Assembly (NCBI RefSeq): GCF_040290245.1
Contig: NZ_PSMQ01000002.1
Span: 4,503 to 68,502 of the forward strand
Length of the DNA: 64,000 bases
DNA from: Thermus sp.
GTDB lineage: Bacteria > Deinococcota > Deinococci > Deinococcales > Thermaceae
Reading direction: 5' to 3'
Program-made: the position numbers and the translations under genes
Shown here: positions 29,985 to 42,112 of the stretch, piece by piece
Layout of the letters: every line of letters starts with the position of its first letter
Position numbering within the stretch: the stretch's first letter is position 1
The notes under the pieces: model-generated
The model's database searches: none
Seen by the model: the letters and a program-made list of their open reading frames with translations, nothing else
Told to the model about the DNA's origin: nothing

Positions 29985-30913
29985 CAAGCCGGAAGCAGGC
30001 TCCACCCAGGCTTCCGCGGCAGGCTTCCAGCCTGCCCCCGTGGGCCTGGGCCACCTGGGCCACGGTGTAGAGGCCGAGCCCCGCCTGGCCCCGATGGGCG
30101 CCGATGGAAAGAAAGGGCTGGACCAGGGCTTCCAGGGGGGCCTCGAGGCCGGGCCCGTCGTCCTCCACCTCCACCCGCCCTGGGAGGAGGCGGACCTCCA
30201 CCAGGCTTCTTGCATGTCGGAGGGCGTTTTCCAAGAGGTTCACCAGGGCCCTTTCCAGAAGCCACCGATCCGCCCGGGCCGTTCCCGAGCCGGAAAGGAT
30301 GAGGCTCAGGCCTCGCTTCCGGATCTGATCCTGGTAGCGGAGGGAGAGGTCCTCCAAAAGGGGCCGGAGGTTGACGGTCTCCGTCCTTACCGAGCGGGCC
30401 TCGAGGCGGCTTAAGGCGAGGAGGTTTTCCAGAAGCCCCAAGGCCCGGGAAAGCTCCTTTTCCAGCTCCATAAGGAGGGTTAGCCGGCCCTCCTTCCCAA
30501 GCGCATCGGTCTTTTGGAGATAGGCCAGGACCCGGATGGCGGAAAGAAGAGGGGTCTTGAGGTCGTGGGCCAAGGCGGCGTAGAAGGCCTCCCGTTCCCG
30601 GTCGTGGGCTTTGAGCCTTTCTAAAAGGGCCTCTATCTGCTTCCTCAAAAGCTGGATCTCCCCTGGGACCTCTGCCTTGGGCCGGGGGAGGGAAAGCTCT
30701 GCGGGGGGACGGCCCTTGAGGTGGGCCACCGCCCGGGTGAGTTCCTCGAGGGGGTGAAGGAGGGCCTGGGCGAGAAAGATCCCCACCAAAGCGGAAAGAA
30801 GGGCCAGAAGGAGGAGCCAGGTCCAAAAGGCCGTGGAGGCCGCCCCCACAAAGAGGGCCAGAACCAGGTTGGGGAGGAAGGCGAGCAGGGCGATGACCAG
30901 GGCCAGCCTTGCC

Positions 30914-30924
<11 letters not shown>
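29971..30924 (-). CDS. Sensor histidine kinase (HAMP-HisKA-HATPase)
   Basis: AHDLKTPL H-box, [10 protein letters not shown]-box, DDGPG, GLGL. Confidence 0.9.
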
Positions 30925-32725
<1,801 letters not shown>

Positions 32726-32865
32726 GCCTTGTACTAGGGTACCCGGTTTTGGCGCGGATGGGGGAGGGGGGCGGGCGCGGCCTGCTTTATTAACATATGC
32801 TTTATGCTCACGCCTGAAGGAGCGCATTGAACTTAATAAATCCACCCCTTACCCTGGAGTAGGGC

Positions 32866-33585
32866 GTGATGGGTGGAGACCGCATCCTAAAAGACCGGGT
32901 TTTTCGCGTGGACCCCCTTCCTAAAGGACCGTACGAGGGGGTGGCGGTGGTCATCGATGTCATCCGGGCCACCACCACCGCAGGGGCCTTCCTCGAGGCC
33001 GGGGCCTTGGACCTCGTCCTTGCAAAGAGCCTGGACCAGGCCCGGGCCCTCCGCCTTCCGGGAGAGGTGCTGGCCGGGGAGAGGGGGGGGCTCAGGCCCG
33101 AAGGGTTTGACCTGGGAAACTCCCCTCAAGAGGCTTTCCGGGTCCGGGGCCGGCGGGTGGTCATGGCCACCACCAACGGCACCCGGGCCGTCCACGCGGC
33201 CCGGACGGCCCAGGCGCTCCTTCTGGGTTCCTTGCAAAACGCCCGGGCGGTGGCGGAGAAGGCCGCCCTTTTGGGGGAGGAGGTGACCCTGGTCTGCGCG
33301 GGCAAGGAAGGGGAGATGGGGCTGGACGACCTCTACACCGCGGGGGTCATCGGAAGGCGGCTTATGGAGCTGGGTTTCCGGGCGGAAGGGGAGACCGCCC
33401 ACCTCGCCCTCTTTCTTGCCGAAAACGACCCCCTGGCGGTTCTCCAGGCCTCAGAGGCGGCAAAGGCTTTGGACAGGGTGGGCCTCGGGGAGGATGTAGT
33501 CCTTTGCGCCCAGGTGGACGTTCACAAGGCGGTTCCGGTGCGCACCGGGTACCGGGACGGGGGTGTGGTCTTCGGGAGGGGGTGA
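32866..33585 (+). CDS. comB: 2-phosphosulfolactate phosphatase family
   Basis: VIDVIRATT, GERGG, FDLGNSP, TTNGT, DDLYTAG. Confidence 0.9.
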   Translation: MMGGDRILKDRVFRVDPLPKGPYEGVAVVIDVIRATTTAGAFLEAGALDLVLAKSLDQARALRLPGEVLAGERGGLRPEGFDLGNSPQEAFRVRGRRVVMATTNGTRAVHAARTAQALLLGSLQNARAVAEKAALLGEEVTLVCAGKEGEMGLDDLYTAGVIGRRLMELGFRAEGETAHLALFLAENDPLAVLQASEAAKALDRVGLGEDVVLCAQVDVHKAVPVRTGYRDGGVVFGRG

Positions 33586-34394
33586 TGCTGAAGCCGCTTC
33601 AGGAGGTGCTTCCCCCCAAAGGGCGCGCGGTGGGGGCGTTTGACGTGGTAGGCCTGGAGTGGGCCGAGGCGGTCTTAGAGGCGGCGGAGGGCCTAGACCT
33701 TCCGGTGATCCTGAGCGTTGCCCCCCATCTGGGGGGGCCTCCCATGGGGGCCCTGGCCCCGGGGCTTCGCCACCTGGCCGACTCGGTCCGCGTTCCCGTG
33801 GCCCTCCACCTGGACCATGGGGAGAGCCTCGAGGAGGTGGCCCGGGCCCTCCGCTTGAGCTTTACCGGGGTGATGCTGGACGGAAGCCACTTGCCCCTGG
33901 AGGAGAACATACGGCTTACCCAGCTCACCGTCCAGCTGGCCCGGGCCTATGGAGCGGGGGTGGAGGGGGAGGTGGGGGTAGTGCCTGGCCAGTACGGCCC
34001 GGGCAAAGGGGGAGAGGAGGCCCCCCAGTACACCGACCCCCAGGAGGCCCAGCGGTTTTACGAGGCCACAGGGGTGGATGCTTTAGCGGTGAGCATCGGG
34101 ACCCGGCACGGCCTTTACAAGGGGCCCGTCCGGCTTAACCTTCTGCTACTGAAGGAGCTTTCCCAAATCCCCGTCCCTCTGGTCCTTCACGGGGCCTCGG
34201 GGCTTAGGCCAGAGGAATACCGGGCCCTGATCGCGGGGGGCATTCGCAAGATCAACCTCTATGCCGAGCTGGCCCTCGAGGCGGCCCGGGCGCTCCGAGG
34301 GGGGGCAGGGGAGGATTACCTGGGTCTTATGGCAGGGGTCAAGGAGGCGCTCAAACGCCTGGCGGCCTCGAGGATGAGGTTATGGTGGGGCTGA
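33585..34394 (+). CDS. Class II fructose/tagatose-bisphosphate aldolase family, short second copy
   Basis: HLDHG, VMLDGS, VEGEVG, AVSIGTRHG, LVLHGASG, KIN; ATG overlaps comB TGA. Confidence 0.85.
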   Translation: MLKPLQEVLPPKGRAVGAFDVVGLEWAEAVLEAAEGLDLPVILSVAPHLGGPPMGALAPGLRHLADSVRVPVALHLDHGESLEEVARALRLSFTGVMLDGSHLPLEENIRLTQLTVQLARAYGAGVEGEVGVVPGQYGPGKGGEEAPQYTDPQEAQRFYEATGVDALAVSIGTRHGLYKGPVRLNLLLLKELSQIPVPLVLHGASGLRPEEYRALIAGGIRKINLYAELALEAARALRGGAGEDYLGLMAGVKEALKRLAASRMRLWWG

Positions 34395-35131
34395 GGGCGC
34401 TCCTTTTCGACCTGGACGGCACCCTGGCGGAGACGGAGGAGGCCCACCGGGCGGCCTTCAACCAGGCCTTTTTGGAGGCGGGCCTTCCCTTCTTCTGGGA
34501 CCAGCCCACCTACAAGGAACTCCTCTGGGTCACAGGAGGTAGGGAGCGGATCCGGCACTTCCTGGAAACCTGTCCCCCCTGCCCACGGCTTTCGGATGAA
34601 GAGATCGCCCGCATCCACCGGCGCAAAAACGAGCTCTTCGCCCAGTTCGTGCGGGAGGGTCTGCCCCTCCGGCCAGGGGTCCTAAGGCTTCTTAGGGAGG
34701 CGGAGGAGGCAGGGCTCACTTTGGGCCTTGCCACCACTACCAGTCCGGAGAACGTGGAGGCCTTCCTCGAGGGCCTGGGCTGGAGCCTCCGATTTAACCT
34801 GATCCTGGCAGGGGGCATCGTGCCCAGGAAGAAGCCCGATCCCGCCATCTACCGCCTGGCCCTGGAGCGGCTAAGCCTTTCCCCAGAGGAGGTCCTGGCG
34901 GTGGAGGACTCCCGAAACGGCCTTCTTTCCGCCCGGGGTGTGGGCATACCCACCCTCATCACCCCCAGCCTTTACACCCTGGATCAGGACTTCTCTGAGG
35001 CCCAGGCGGTTTTGGAGCACCTAGGTGAGCCCGAGGCCCCTGCTTTGGTCTACAGGGGGCCCGGACAGGGGGAAAGGAAGGTGGTGGACCTCGCCTATCT
35101 GGAGGAGGTGAGAGGATGGTCCAGCATCTGA
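34382..35131 (+). CDS. cbbY: CbbY-type HAD phosphatase (xylulose-1,5-bisphosphate phosphatase-like)
   Basis: DLDGTLAETE..HR.AFN.AF, LL.VTGGRERI cap motif, KKPDPAIY, EDSRNG. Confidence 0.82.
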   Translation: MVGLRALLFDLDGTLAETEEAHRAAFNQAFLEAGLPFFWDQPTYKELLWVTGGRERIRHFLETCPPCPRLSDEEIARIHRRKNELFAQFVREGLPLRPGVLRLLREAEEAGLTLGLATTTSPENVEAFLEGLGWSLRFNLILAGGIVPRKKPDPAIYRLALERLSLSPEEVLAVEDSRNGLLSARGVGIPTLITPSLYTLDQDFSEAQAVLEHLGEPEAPALVYRGPGQGERKVVDLAYLEEVRGWSSI

Positions 35132-35415
35132 TCCTCTTCAATGCGGAGGCAAGCCCTGAGGAGGTCAGGAGGATGGTGGAGGAGGCCCGCTCCGTTCTCC
35201 TCAAGATCCCGGGGGTCAGGGGGCTTTGCTTTGGGGAGGCCCTTTCCCCGAACGCCCGGTACCGGTACTGGCTTTCGGTTGCTTTTTCCGGCCCTGAGGT
35301 GGTGGAGGTCTACCGGGAGCATCCCCTGCACGTGGAGTTTGCCAACCGGGTCTTCCGGCCCATGGCCCAGGACCGGCTGACCACGGACTTTTTGGTGGAG
35401 GTGGAGGGGTGCTGA
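35116..35415 (+). CDS. Dabb (stress-responsive A/B barrel) protein
   Basis: VQHLILF, IPGV, Y..HP.H, D..TTDF pattern; 99 aa. Confidence 0.8.
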   Translation: MVQHLILFNAEASPEEVRRMVEEARSVLLKIPGVRGLCFGEALSPNARYRYWLSVAFSGPEVVEVYREHPLHVEFANRVFRPMAQDRLTTDFLVEVEGC

Positions 35416-35672
35416 GCTATAAGGAGGCGGAGGAAAAGGCGGAGCGGATTTTAGTGGACGGAATGGGGGAGGCTTTGATCCTGAAGCGGGAAGAGGGGTA
35501 TTATGCCCTGTACTTCTTCTTCGGCCTTTACGGGCGGAAGGCCCCAGACCCCGAGGAGGAGCCCGATTTCGTGGAGGGGCCCAAGGCCGAGCCGGACTTC
35601 CGGGACCCCTTTGACCAGGTGAAATGGCTGGAGCGGAACGGGTATACCGTATTCATCAACGAGTCCAAGTGA
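35409..35672 (+). CDS. Hypothetical protein, paralog A
   Basis: 87 aa, GTG start overlapping the Dabb stop; clearly similar to the next ORF. Confidence 0.75.
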   Translation: MLSYKEAEEKAERILVDGMGEALILKREEGYYALYFFFGLYGRKAPDPEEEPDFVEGPKAEPDFRDPFDQVKWLERNGYTVFINESK

Positions 35673-35683
35673 GGAGGTGGAGG

Positions 35684-35953
35684 ATGGAGTACGACGAGAT
35701 GCCCTACCAGGAGGCGCGGAAGATGGCGGTCAGGGTCTTGGAGGACGGGTATGGGGATGCGGTCATTCTCCAGGATGAGCACGGCTACTGGGCGCTCTAC
35801 TACTTTTACTGGGCCCAGACCCCACCCCCCCAGGCCCAGCCCCACTGGATGGAGGGCCCCGTGGCGGAAGCCTCTGCCCTTCGTACGCCTTACGAGATGA
35901 AGAAGTTCCTGGAGGAAAACGGGGAGTTTGACTTTGTCAACGACGTGGACTAG
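35684..35953 (+). CDS. Hypothetical protein, paralog B
   Basis: 89 aa from MEYDEMP with SD GGAGG; aligns with paralog A. Confidence 0.78.
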   Translation: MEYDEMPYQEARKMAVRVLEDGYGDAVILQDEHGYWALYYFYWAQTPPPQAQPHWMEGPVAEASALRTPYEMKKFLEENGEFDFVNDVD

Positions 35954-35974
35954 CTTTGCGGGTAGACTGACCCC

Positions 35975-36408
35975 ATGCGGCGGAATACATACCGAATACT
36001 CCAAGCCACGGAAACGGCGATCTATCTCTTTGCGGGGTTCCTCATCGCCTTGGGGGCGGTTCTTCTTCTAGGATCCACCCTGTGGGACGGGGTACGGGCT
36101 CTTCTACAAAGAGGGTATGTGGCTGCCGCGGTGGGGCTTCTGGACCGGATTCTTCTGGCCTTGATGCTGGCCGAGATCCTCTATACCCTGGTCCGTTTCG
36201 CCCGGGAGGGGGGCTTGCAGGCCGAGCCCTTTCTCCTGATCGGTATCATCGCGGCCGTGCGGCGGATGCTGGTCATCACCGCGGAGTCGGTGCACAAGGT
36301 CGACCTCAAGGACCCGGCCTTTTTAAACGTTTGGCTGAGCTTTTCGTCCTAGCCGTAAGCGTTTTGGCCTTTGCCTGGGCCATCCGGCTGGTCCGGGCTA
36401 GAGCATGA
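35975..36408 (+). pseudogene. PsiE-family membrane protein split by a -1 frameshift
   Basis: EPFL.IGIIA.VRR.L motif in 35975-36352; last TM helix LAELFVLAVSVLAFAWAIRL is in the -1 frame ending 36408. Confidence 0.7.
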
Positions 36409-37282
36409 GTTGGACCAGGGCCTCCGCGGCGGGGTTGGAAAGCGTCTTGGGATGGGTGAGCCAGAAGTAGCGCCGCAACTCTCCCACCGGGGGGCCGAGG
36501 CGGAGGGCTTTGAGGTTGCCCACCTTCAGGTTGGGCTGGATGACCACCCGGCTCACGATCCCGACCCCTGCGCCCGCCATGACCAGGCGCTTGGTCACCT
36601 CATTGTTGTCCGTGTAGAAGGCGGGGGTGATCTCTAAACCCGCCTGCTCAAAGGCTCGTTCCAGAACCCGCCAGGTCATGGATCCGGGTTTGCGCACCAC
36701 AAGGCTTTCCCGGGCCAGCCATTCCGGAGGGATCTCCTCCCAGGACGCCCAGGGGTGGTCCGGGGGGACGATAAGGACCAGCTCATCCTCGTAGAAGAGG
36801 TGCCGCACATACCCCTCCCAGTGCTCCACCCCTTCCAGAACGGCAAGTTCCAGCTCCCCGAGCCGGAGCCGTTCGGCCAGGCGTTCTGAGCTCCCGCTTT
36901 CCAAGTGCACCCTCACCCCAGGGTGGGCCTGGTGAAACTGGGCGAGGAAGGTGGGCACCACGTAGGTGGCCATGGTGGTGGCCGCCCCCAGCATCACCTG
37001 GCCGGTTTCCAGGCGGTCCCAGGCCCGGGCCACCAGCTGGAACTCCTCCAGGGCCTGTACCACCCGCCTGGCCTCCGGAAGAAGGGCTTCGCCCACCCGG
37101 GAAAGGACCAGGCTCCGCCCCCGGCGCTCAAAAAGGGGATGGCCCACCTGTTCCTCTAAAGCCCGGATGTACTGGCTTACCGCGGGCTGGGTGATGCCCA
37201 GGCTCAGCGCCGCCCGGCCCACCCCACCTTCTTCCACCACCGCCACAAAGACCCGGAGCGCAGCCGGATTAGGAAGCCGCAT
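36398..37282 (-). CDS. cbbR: LysR-family regulator, CbbR by position
   Basis: HTH TQPAVSQYIRALE, LysR substrate domain; divergent from the cbb operon. Confidence 0.8.
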   Translation of the reverse strand: MRLPNPAALRVFVAVVEEGGVGRAALSLGITQPAVSQYIRALEEQVGHPLFERRGRSLVLSRVGEALLPEARRVVQALEEFQLVARAWDRLETGQVMLGAATTMATYVVPTFLAQFHQAHPGVRVHLESGSSERLAERLRLGELELAVLEGVEHWEGYVRHLFYEDELVLIVPPDHPWASWEEIPPEWLARESLVVRKPGSMTWRVLERAFEQAGLEITPAFYTDNNEVTKRLVMAGAGVGIVSRVVIQPNLKVGNLKALRLGPPVGELRRYFWLTHPKTLSNPAAEALVQLML

Positions 37283-37364
37283 CCGTCCCTCTTTAAACAT
37301 GAACTTATGATACATGCCTACCCATATGATTGCAATAATGGGTTATCCCCCCTACCCTCGAGGC
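37283..37364. promoter_or_regulatory. cbbR/glpX divergent control region
   Basis: AT-rich intergenic with palindrome ATTGCAAT; CbbR boxes not individually resolved. Confidence 0.5.
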
Positions 37365-38348
37365 ATGCCTACGGTACCGCCCACGCGCAACCTGGCTTTG
37401 GACCTGATGCGGGCCACCGAAGCCGCCGCTTTGGCGGCGGCCCGCTGGGTGGGGCTGGGCAACAAGGAGGAGGGGGACCGGGCGGCGGTGGAGGCCATGC
37501 GCCTCCTTCTGAACACCGTGCCCTTCCGGGGCCGGGTGGTCATTGGAGAGGGGGAAAAGGACCAGGCCCCCATGCTCTACAACGGTGAGGAGGTGGGAAC
37601 GGGAGGGGTGGAGATGGACCTGGCGGTGGACCCGGTGGAAGGGACCCGGCTTCTGGCCTTAGGCCGGCCCGGGGCCATCAGCGTGATCGCCGCTGCCCCC
37701 AAAGGCACCCTTTTTAACCCGGGGCCGGGCTTTTATGCGGCCAAGCTGGTGGTGCCCCCTGAGGCCAAGGAGGCGATTGATCTTGCCCGTAGCCCCACGG
37801 AAAACTTAAAGGAAATCGCTAAGGCCTTGAGGAAGCCGGTGCGTGAGCTGACGGTCTTTGTCTTGGATAAGCCCCGCCATCAGGCGCTTATCGAGGAGAT
37901 CCGTGCCGCCGGGGCCCGCATTACGCTCCAAACGGATGGGGACGTGGCGGGTGCCTTGGCCGCGGTCCTGCCCGGCACCGGCGTGGATGTGCTCATGGGC
38001 ACCGGGGGGACCCCAGAGGGGGTGATCGCGGCGGTGGCGGTCCGGGCCCTGGGGGGTGGGATGCAGATGCGCCTGGACCCCCAGGGTGAGGAGGAGAAGT
38101 GGAATCTGATCCACGCGGGGTACAGCCTCGAAAGGGTCTATACCCTCGAGGAGCTCTGCGCCTGGGACGATACCCATTTTGCGGCGACCGGCATCACGGA
38201 TGGCCCCTTTTTAAAGGGGGTCCGGTACGAGGGAGGGCTGGCCAGAACGGAAAGCCTTCTCCTCCGGGGCGAGACCCGCACCTTGCGGCGGGTGGAGGCC
38301 TGGCACCGGATGGAGAAGCTTAGGGCCATCAGCGCGGTGCCCTACTAG
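37365..38348 (+). CDS. glpX: Class II fructose-1,6-/sedoheptulose-1,7-bisphosphatase
   Basis: RATEAAA, VVIGEGEKD.APML, AVDPVEGT, DGDV, GGTPEGV. Confidence 0.93.
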   Translation: MPTVPPTRNLALDLMRATEAAALAAARWVGLGNKEEGDRAAVEAMRLLLNTVPFRGRVVIGEGEKDQAPMLYNGEEVGTGGVEMDLAVDPVEGTRLLALGRPGAISVIAAAPKGTLFNPGPGFYAAKLVVPPEAKEAIDLARSPTENLKEIAKALRKPVRELTVFVLDKPRHQALIEEIRAAGARITLQTDGDVAGALAAVLPGTGVDVLMGTGGTPEGVIAAVAVRALGGGMQMRLDPQGEEEKWNLIHAGYSLERVYTLEELCAWDDTHFAATGITDGPFLKGVRYEGGLARTESLLLRGETRTLRRVEAWHRMEKLRAISAVPY

Positions 38349-39806
<1,458 letters not shown>

Positions 39807-39819
39807 AAGGAGGTCTAAG

Positions 39820-40251
39820 ATGCGGATTACCCAAGGGACCTTTTCCTACCTTCCTGACCTAACGGACGAGGAGATTCGGCTTCAGATCGAGTACATCATT
39901 AAGAACGGCTGGGCGGTTTCTATCGAGTATACGGACGACCCGAGCCCCTACAACGTCTACTGGAACATGTGGGGCCTGCCCATGTTTGACCTGGAAGACC
40001 CCGCGCCCGCCATGTACGAGTTCCAGAAGTGCCGGGAGGCCTTCCCCAACCACTACATCAAGATCAACGGCTACGACCCCTCGCCCATGTGGCAGGCCCA
40101 ACGGGTCTCCTTCATCGCCCACCGGCCCAAGGCCGAGGAGCCCGGTTTCCGGCTCCACCGCCAGCTCTACTCGGACGGCCGGAGGCTCAGGTACACCCTC
40201 GAGCCCTACGTGACCATGAGGCCTTCCGGACGACGCTACCAGGAGGAGTAG
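39820..40251 (+). CDS. cbbS: Rubisco small subunit, red-type
   Basis: MRITQGTFSYLPDLTD, YW.MWGLPMFD, C-terminal EPGF.L.RQ...GR..RYT hairpin extension; SD AAGGAGG. Confidence 0.97.
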   Translation: MRITQGTFSYLPDLTDEEIRLQIEYIIKNGWAVSIEYTDDPSPYNVYWNMWGLPMFDLEDPAPAMYEFQKCREAFPNHYIKINGYDPSPMWQAQRVSFIAHRPKAEEPGFRLHRQLYSDGRRLRYTLEPYVTMRPSGRRYQEE

Positions 40252-40254
40252 TCC

Positions 40255-41157
40255 ATGACCCCGCCCGTGGCCGACCTCAGCCAGCTCATGCAGGAAAGCC
40301 AGGTCACCGAGGTCCTGGACCGGCTGGACCGGGAGCTTGTGGGGCTTAGGCCGGTAAAACAGCGCATCCGGGAGATCGCTGCCTACCTGGTCGTCTCGAG
40401 GCTGCGCCAAACCCTGGGTCTGGTGGCGGAGAGGCCCGTCCTCCACATGGCTTTCACCGGTTCTCCGGGTACCGGGAAGACCACCGTGGCCATGCGCATG
40501 GCTACCATTTTGCACCGCCTGGGGTACATCCGGAGGGAGCACCTGGTGGTGGCCAGCCGGGATGACCTGGTGGGGCAGTACATCGGCCACACCGCTCCCA
40601 AGACCAAGGAGGTGTTGAAGCGGGCCATGGGCGGGGTTTTATTCATTGACGAGGCCTACAGCCTCTACCGGGCGGAGAACGAGCGGGACTACGGCCAGGA
40701 GACGATCGAGATCCTCCTCCAGGTCATGGAGAACCAAAGGGAGGACCTGGTGGTGATCCTGGCCGGGTACAAGGACCGGATGGATCAGTTCTTCCAGCTC
40801 AATCCAGGGATGCGCTCCCGGATCGCCCATCACATCGAGTTTCCCGACTACACCCTGGAGGAACTCATCGAAATCGCCAAACTCATGCTCCAGGCTCAGA
40901 ACTACGAGATGGACGAGGCGGCGCTCCAGGCTTTCCGGGAGTATTTGCAAAGGAGGATGCGCCTGCCTGGTTTTGCCAACGCTCGGAGCGTCCGCAACGC
41001 GATAGACCGGTTCAAGCTCCGGCAGGCCTACCGGCTTTTTACCAAGGGGGGCCAGGTTTCAGCGGAGGACCTAAGGCGCATTGCCGCGGACGACATCTAC
41101 CAAAGCAGCGTCTTCCGCACCCCCTTGCCGGAGGAAGGAGGAAAGCATGCCCAATAG
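40255..41157 (+). CDS. cbbX: Red-type Rubisco activase CbbX
   Basis: [48 protein letters not shown]. Confidence 0.96.
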   Translation: MTPPVADLSQLMQESQVTEVLDRLDRELVGLRPVKQRIREIAAYLVVSRLRQTLGLVAERPVLHMAFTGSPGTGKTTVAMRMATILHRLGYIRREHLVVASRDDLVGQYIGHTAPKTKEVLKRAMGGVLFIDEAYSLYRAENERDYGQETIEILLQVMENQREDLVVILAGYKDRMDQFFQLNPGMRSRIAHHIEFPDYTLEELIEIAKLMLQAQNYEMDEAALQAFREYLQRRMRLPGFANARSVRNAIDRFKLRQAYRLFTKGGQVSAEDLRRIAADDIYQSSVFRTPLPEEGGKHAQ

Positions 41158-42112
41158 GCCGTTTATGCTGGGCATCGCCGGGGACTCGGGAGCAGGGAAG
41201 ACCACCATCTCCAGTGGGATCGCCCGGCTTTTGGGTGTGGAAAGGACCACGCAGATCTGCGTGGACGACTACCATAAGTACGACCGGAAGCAGCGGGCCG
41301 CCTTAGGCATTACCCCTTTGAATCCGGAGTGCAACTACCTGGACATCCTGGAGCAGCACGTCCGGCTTCTGGCCCAGGGAGAGCCCATTCTGAAACCCGT
41401 TTACAACCATTCCACGGGCACTTTTGACCCTCCAGTCTACATTCCCCCACCCAAAGCGGTGGAGGAGATGGGCCGTCTGATCCCTCGAGTGGTGATTCTG
41501 GAGGGCCTCCTGACCCTGTATACCCTCGAGCTCAGGAGCCGTTACCACCTTAAGGTTTACCTGGACCCTGAGGAGGAGCTGAGGCGGGAGTGGAAGATCA
41601 GGCGGGACGTGGCCAAACGGGGCTACACACCGGAGCAAGTGGTGGCGGACATCGAGCGCCGTATGCCCGACTCCCAGGCGTTCATCTGGCCCCAGAAGGA
41701 GCATGCGGACATCGTGGTCCGCTTCTACCGCCCACCAGGGTATGATCCGGAAAACCCCAGTACCCTCAACGTTCGCATCGCCCTTCGGCGCACCCTGCCC
41801 AAGCTCGACCTTACGGAGGTCCTCCACCTGGCGGACGAGGAGGAGGCTCTTCTCCGTCTCGAGGCCCGCAAAAACGCGGATGTTTTGGACATCACTGGGA
41901 ATGTGAGTGCGGAGAAGGCCCAGGCCCTGGAGCGGGTCATCTGGGAACACCTGGGGCCTCACGCGGAGCAGTTCAACCCAGAGTACATCGGCACCTTCTG
42001 GGACAAGGCCGGGCAGAGTTACCCCCTGGCCCTCACCCAGCTCATCATCGCGTATTATTTGGTCAAGATGCGGGAGCTGGCCATCCAGAAGGGAGTGCTT
42101 CACTATGCCTAA
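41147..42112 (+). CDS. prk: Phosphoribulokinase
   Basis: [35 protein letters not shown]; position within the cbb operon. Confidence 0.93.
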   Translation: MPNRPFMLGIAGDSGAGKTTISSGIARLLGVERTTQICVDDYHKYDRKQRAALGITPLNPECNYLDILEQHVRLLAQGEPILKPVYNHSTGTFDPPVYIPPPKAVEEMGRLIPRVVILEGLLTLYTLELRSRYHLKVYLDPEEELRREWKIRRDVAKRGYTPEQVVADIERRMPDSQAFIWPQKEHADIVVRFYRPPGYDPENPSTLNVRIALRRTLPKLDLTEVLHLADEEEALLRLEARKNADVLDITGNVSAEKAQALERVIWEHLGPHAEQFNPEYIGTFWDKAGQSYPLALTQLIIAYYLVKMRELAIQKGVLHYA

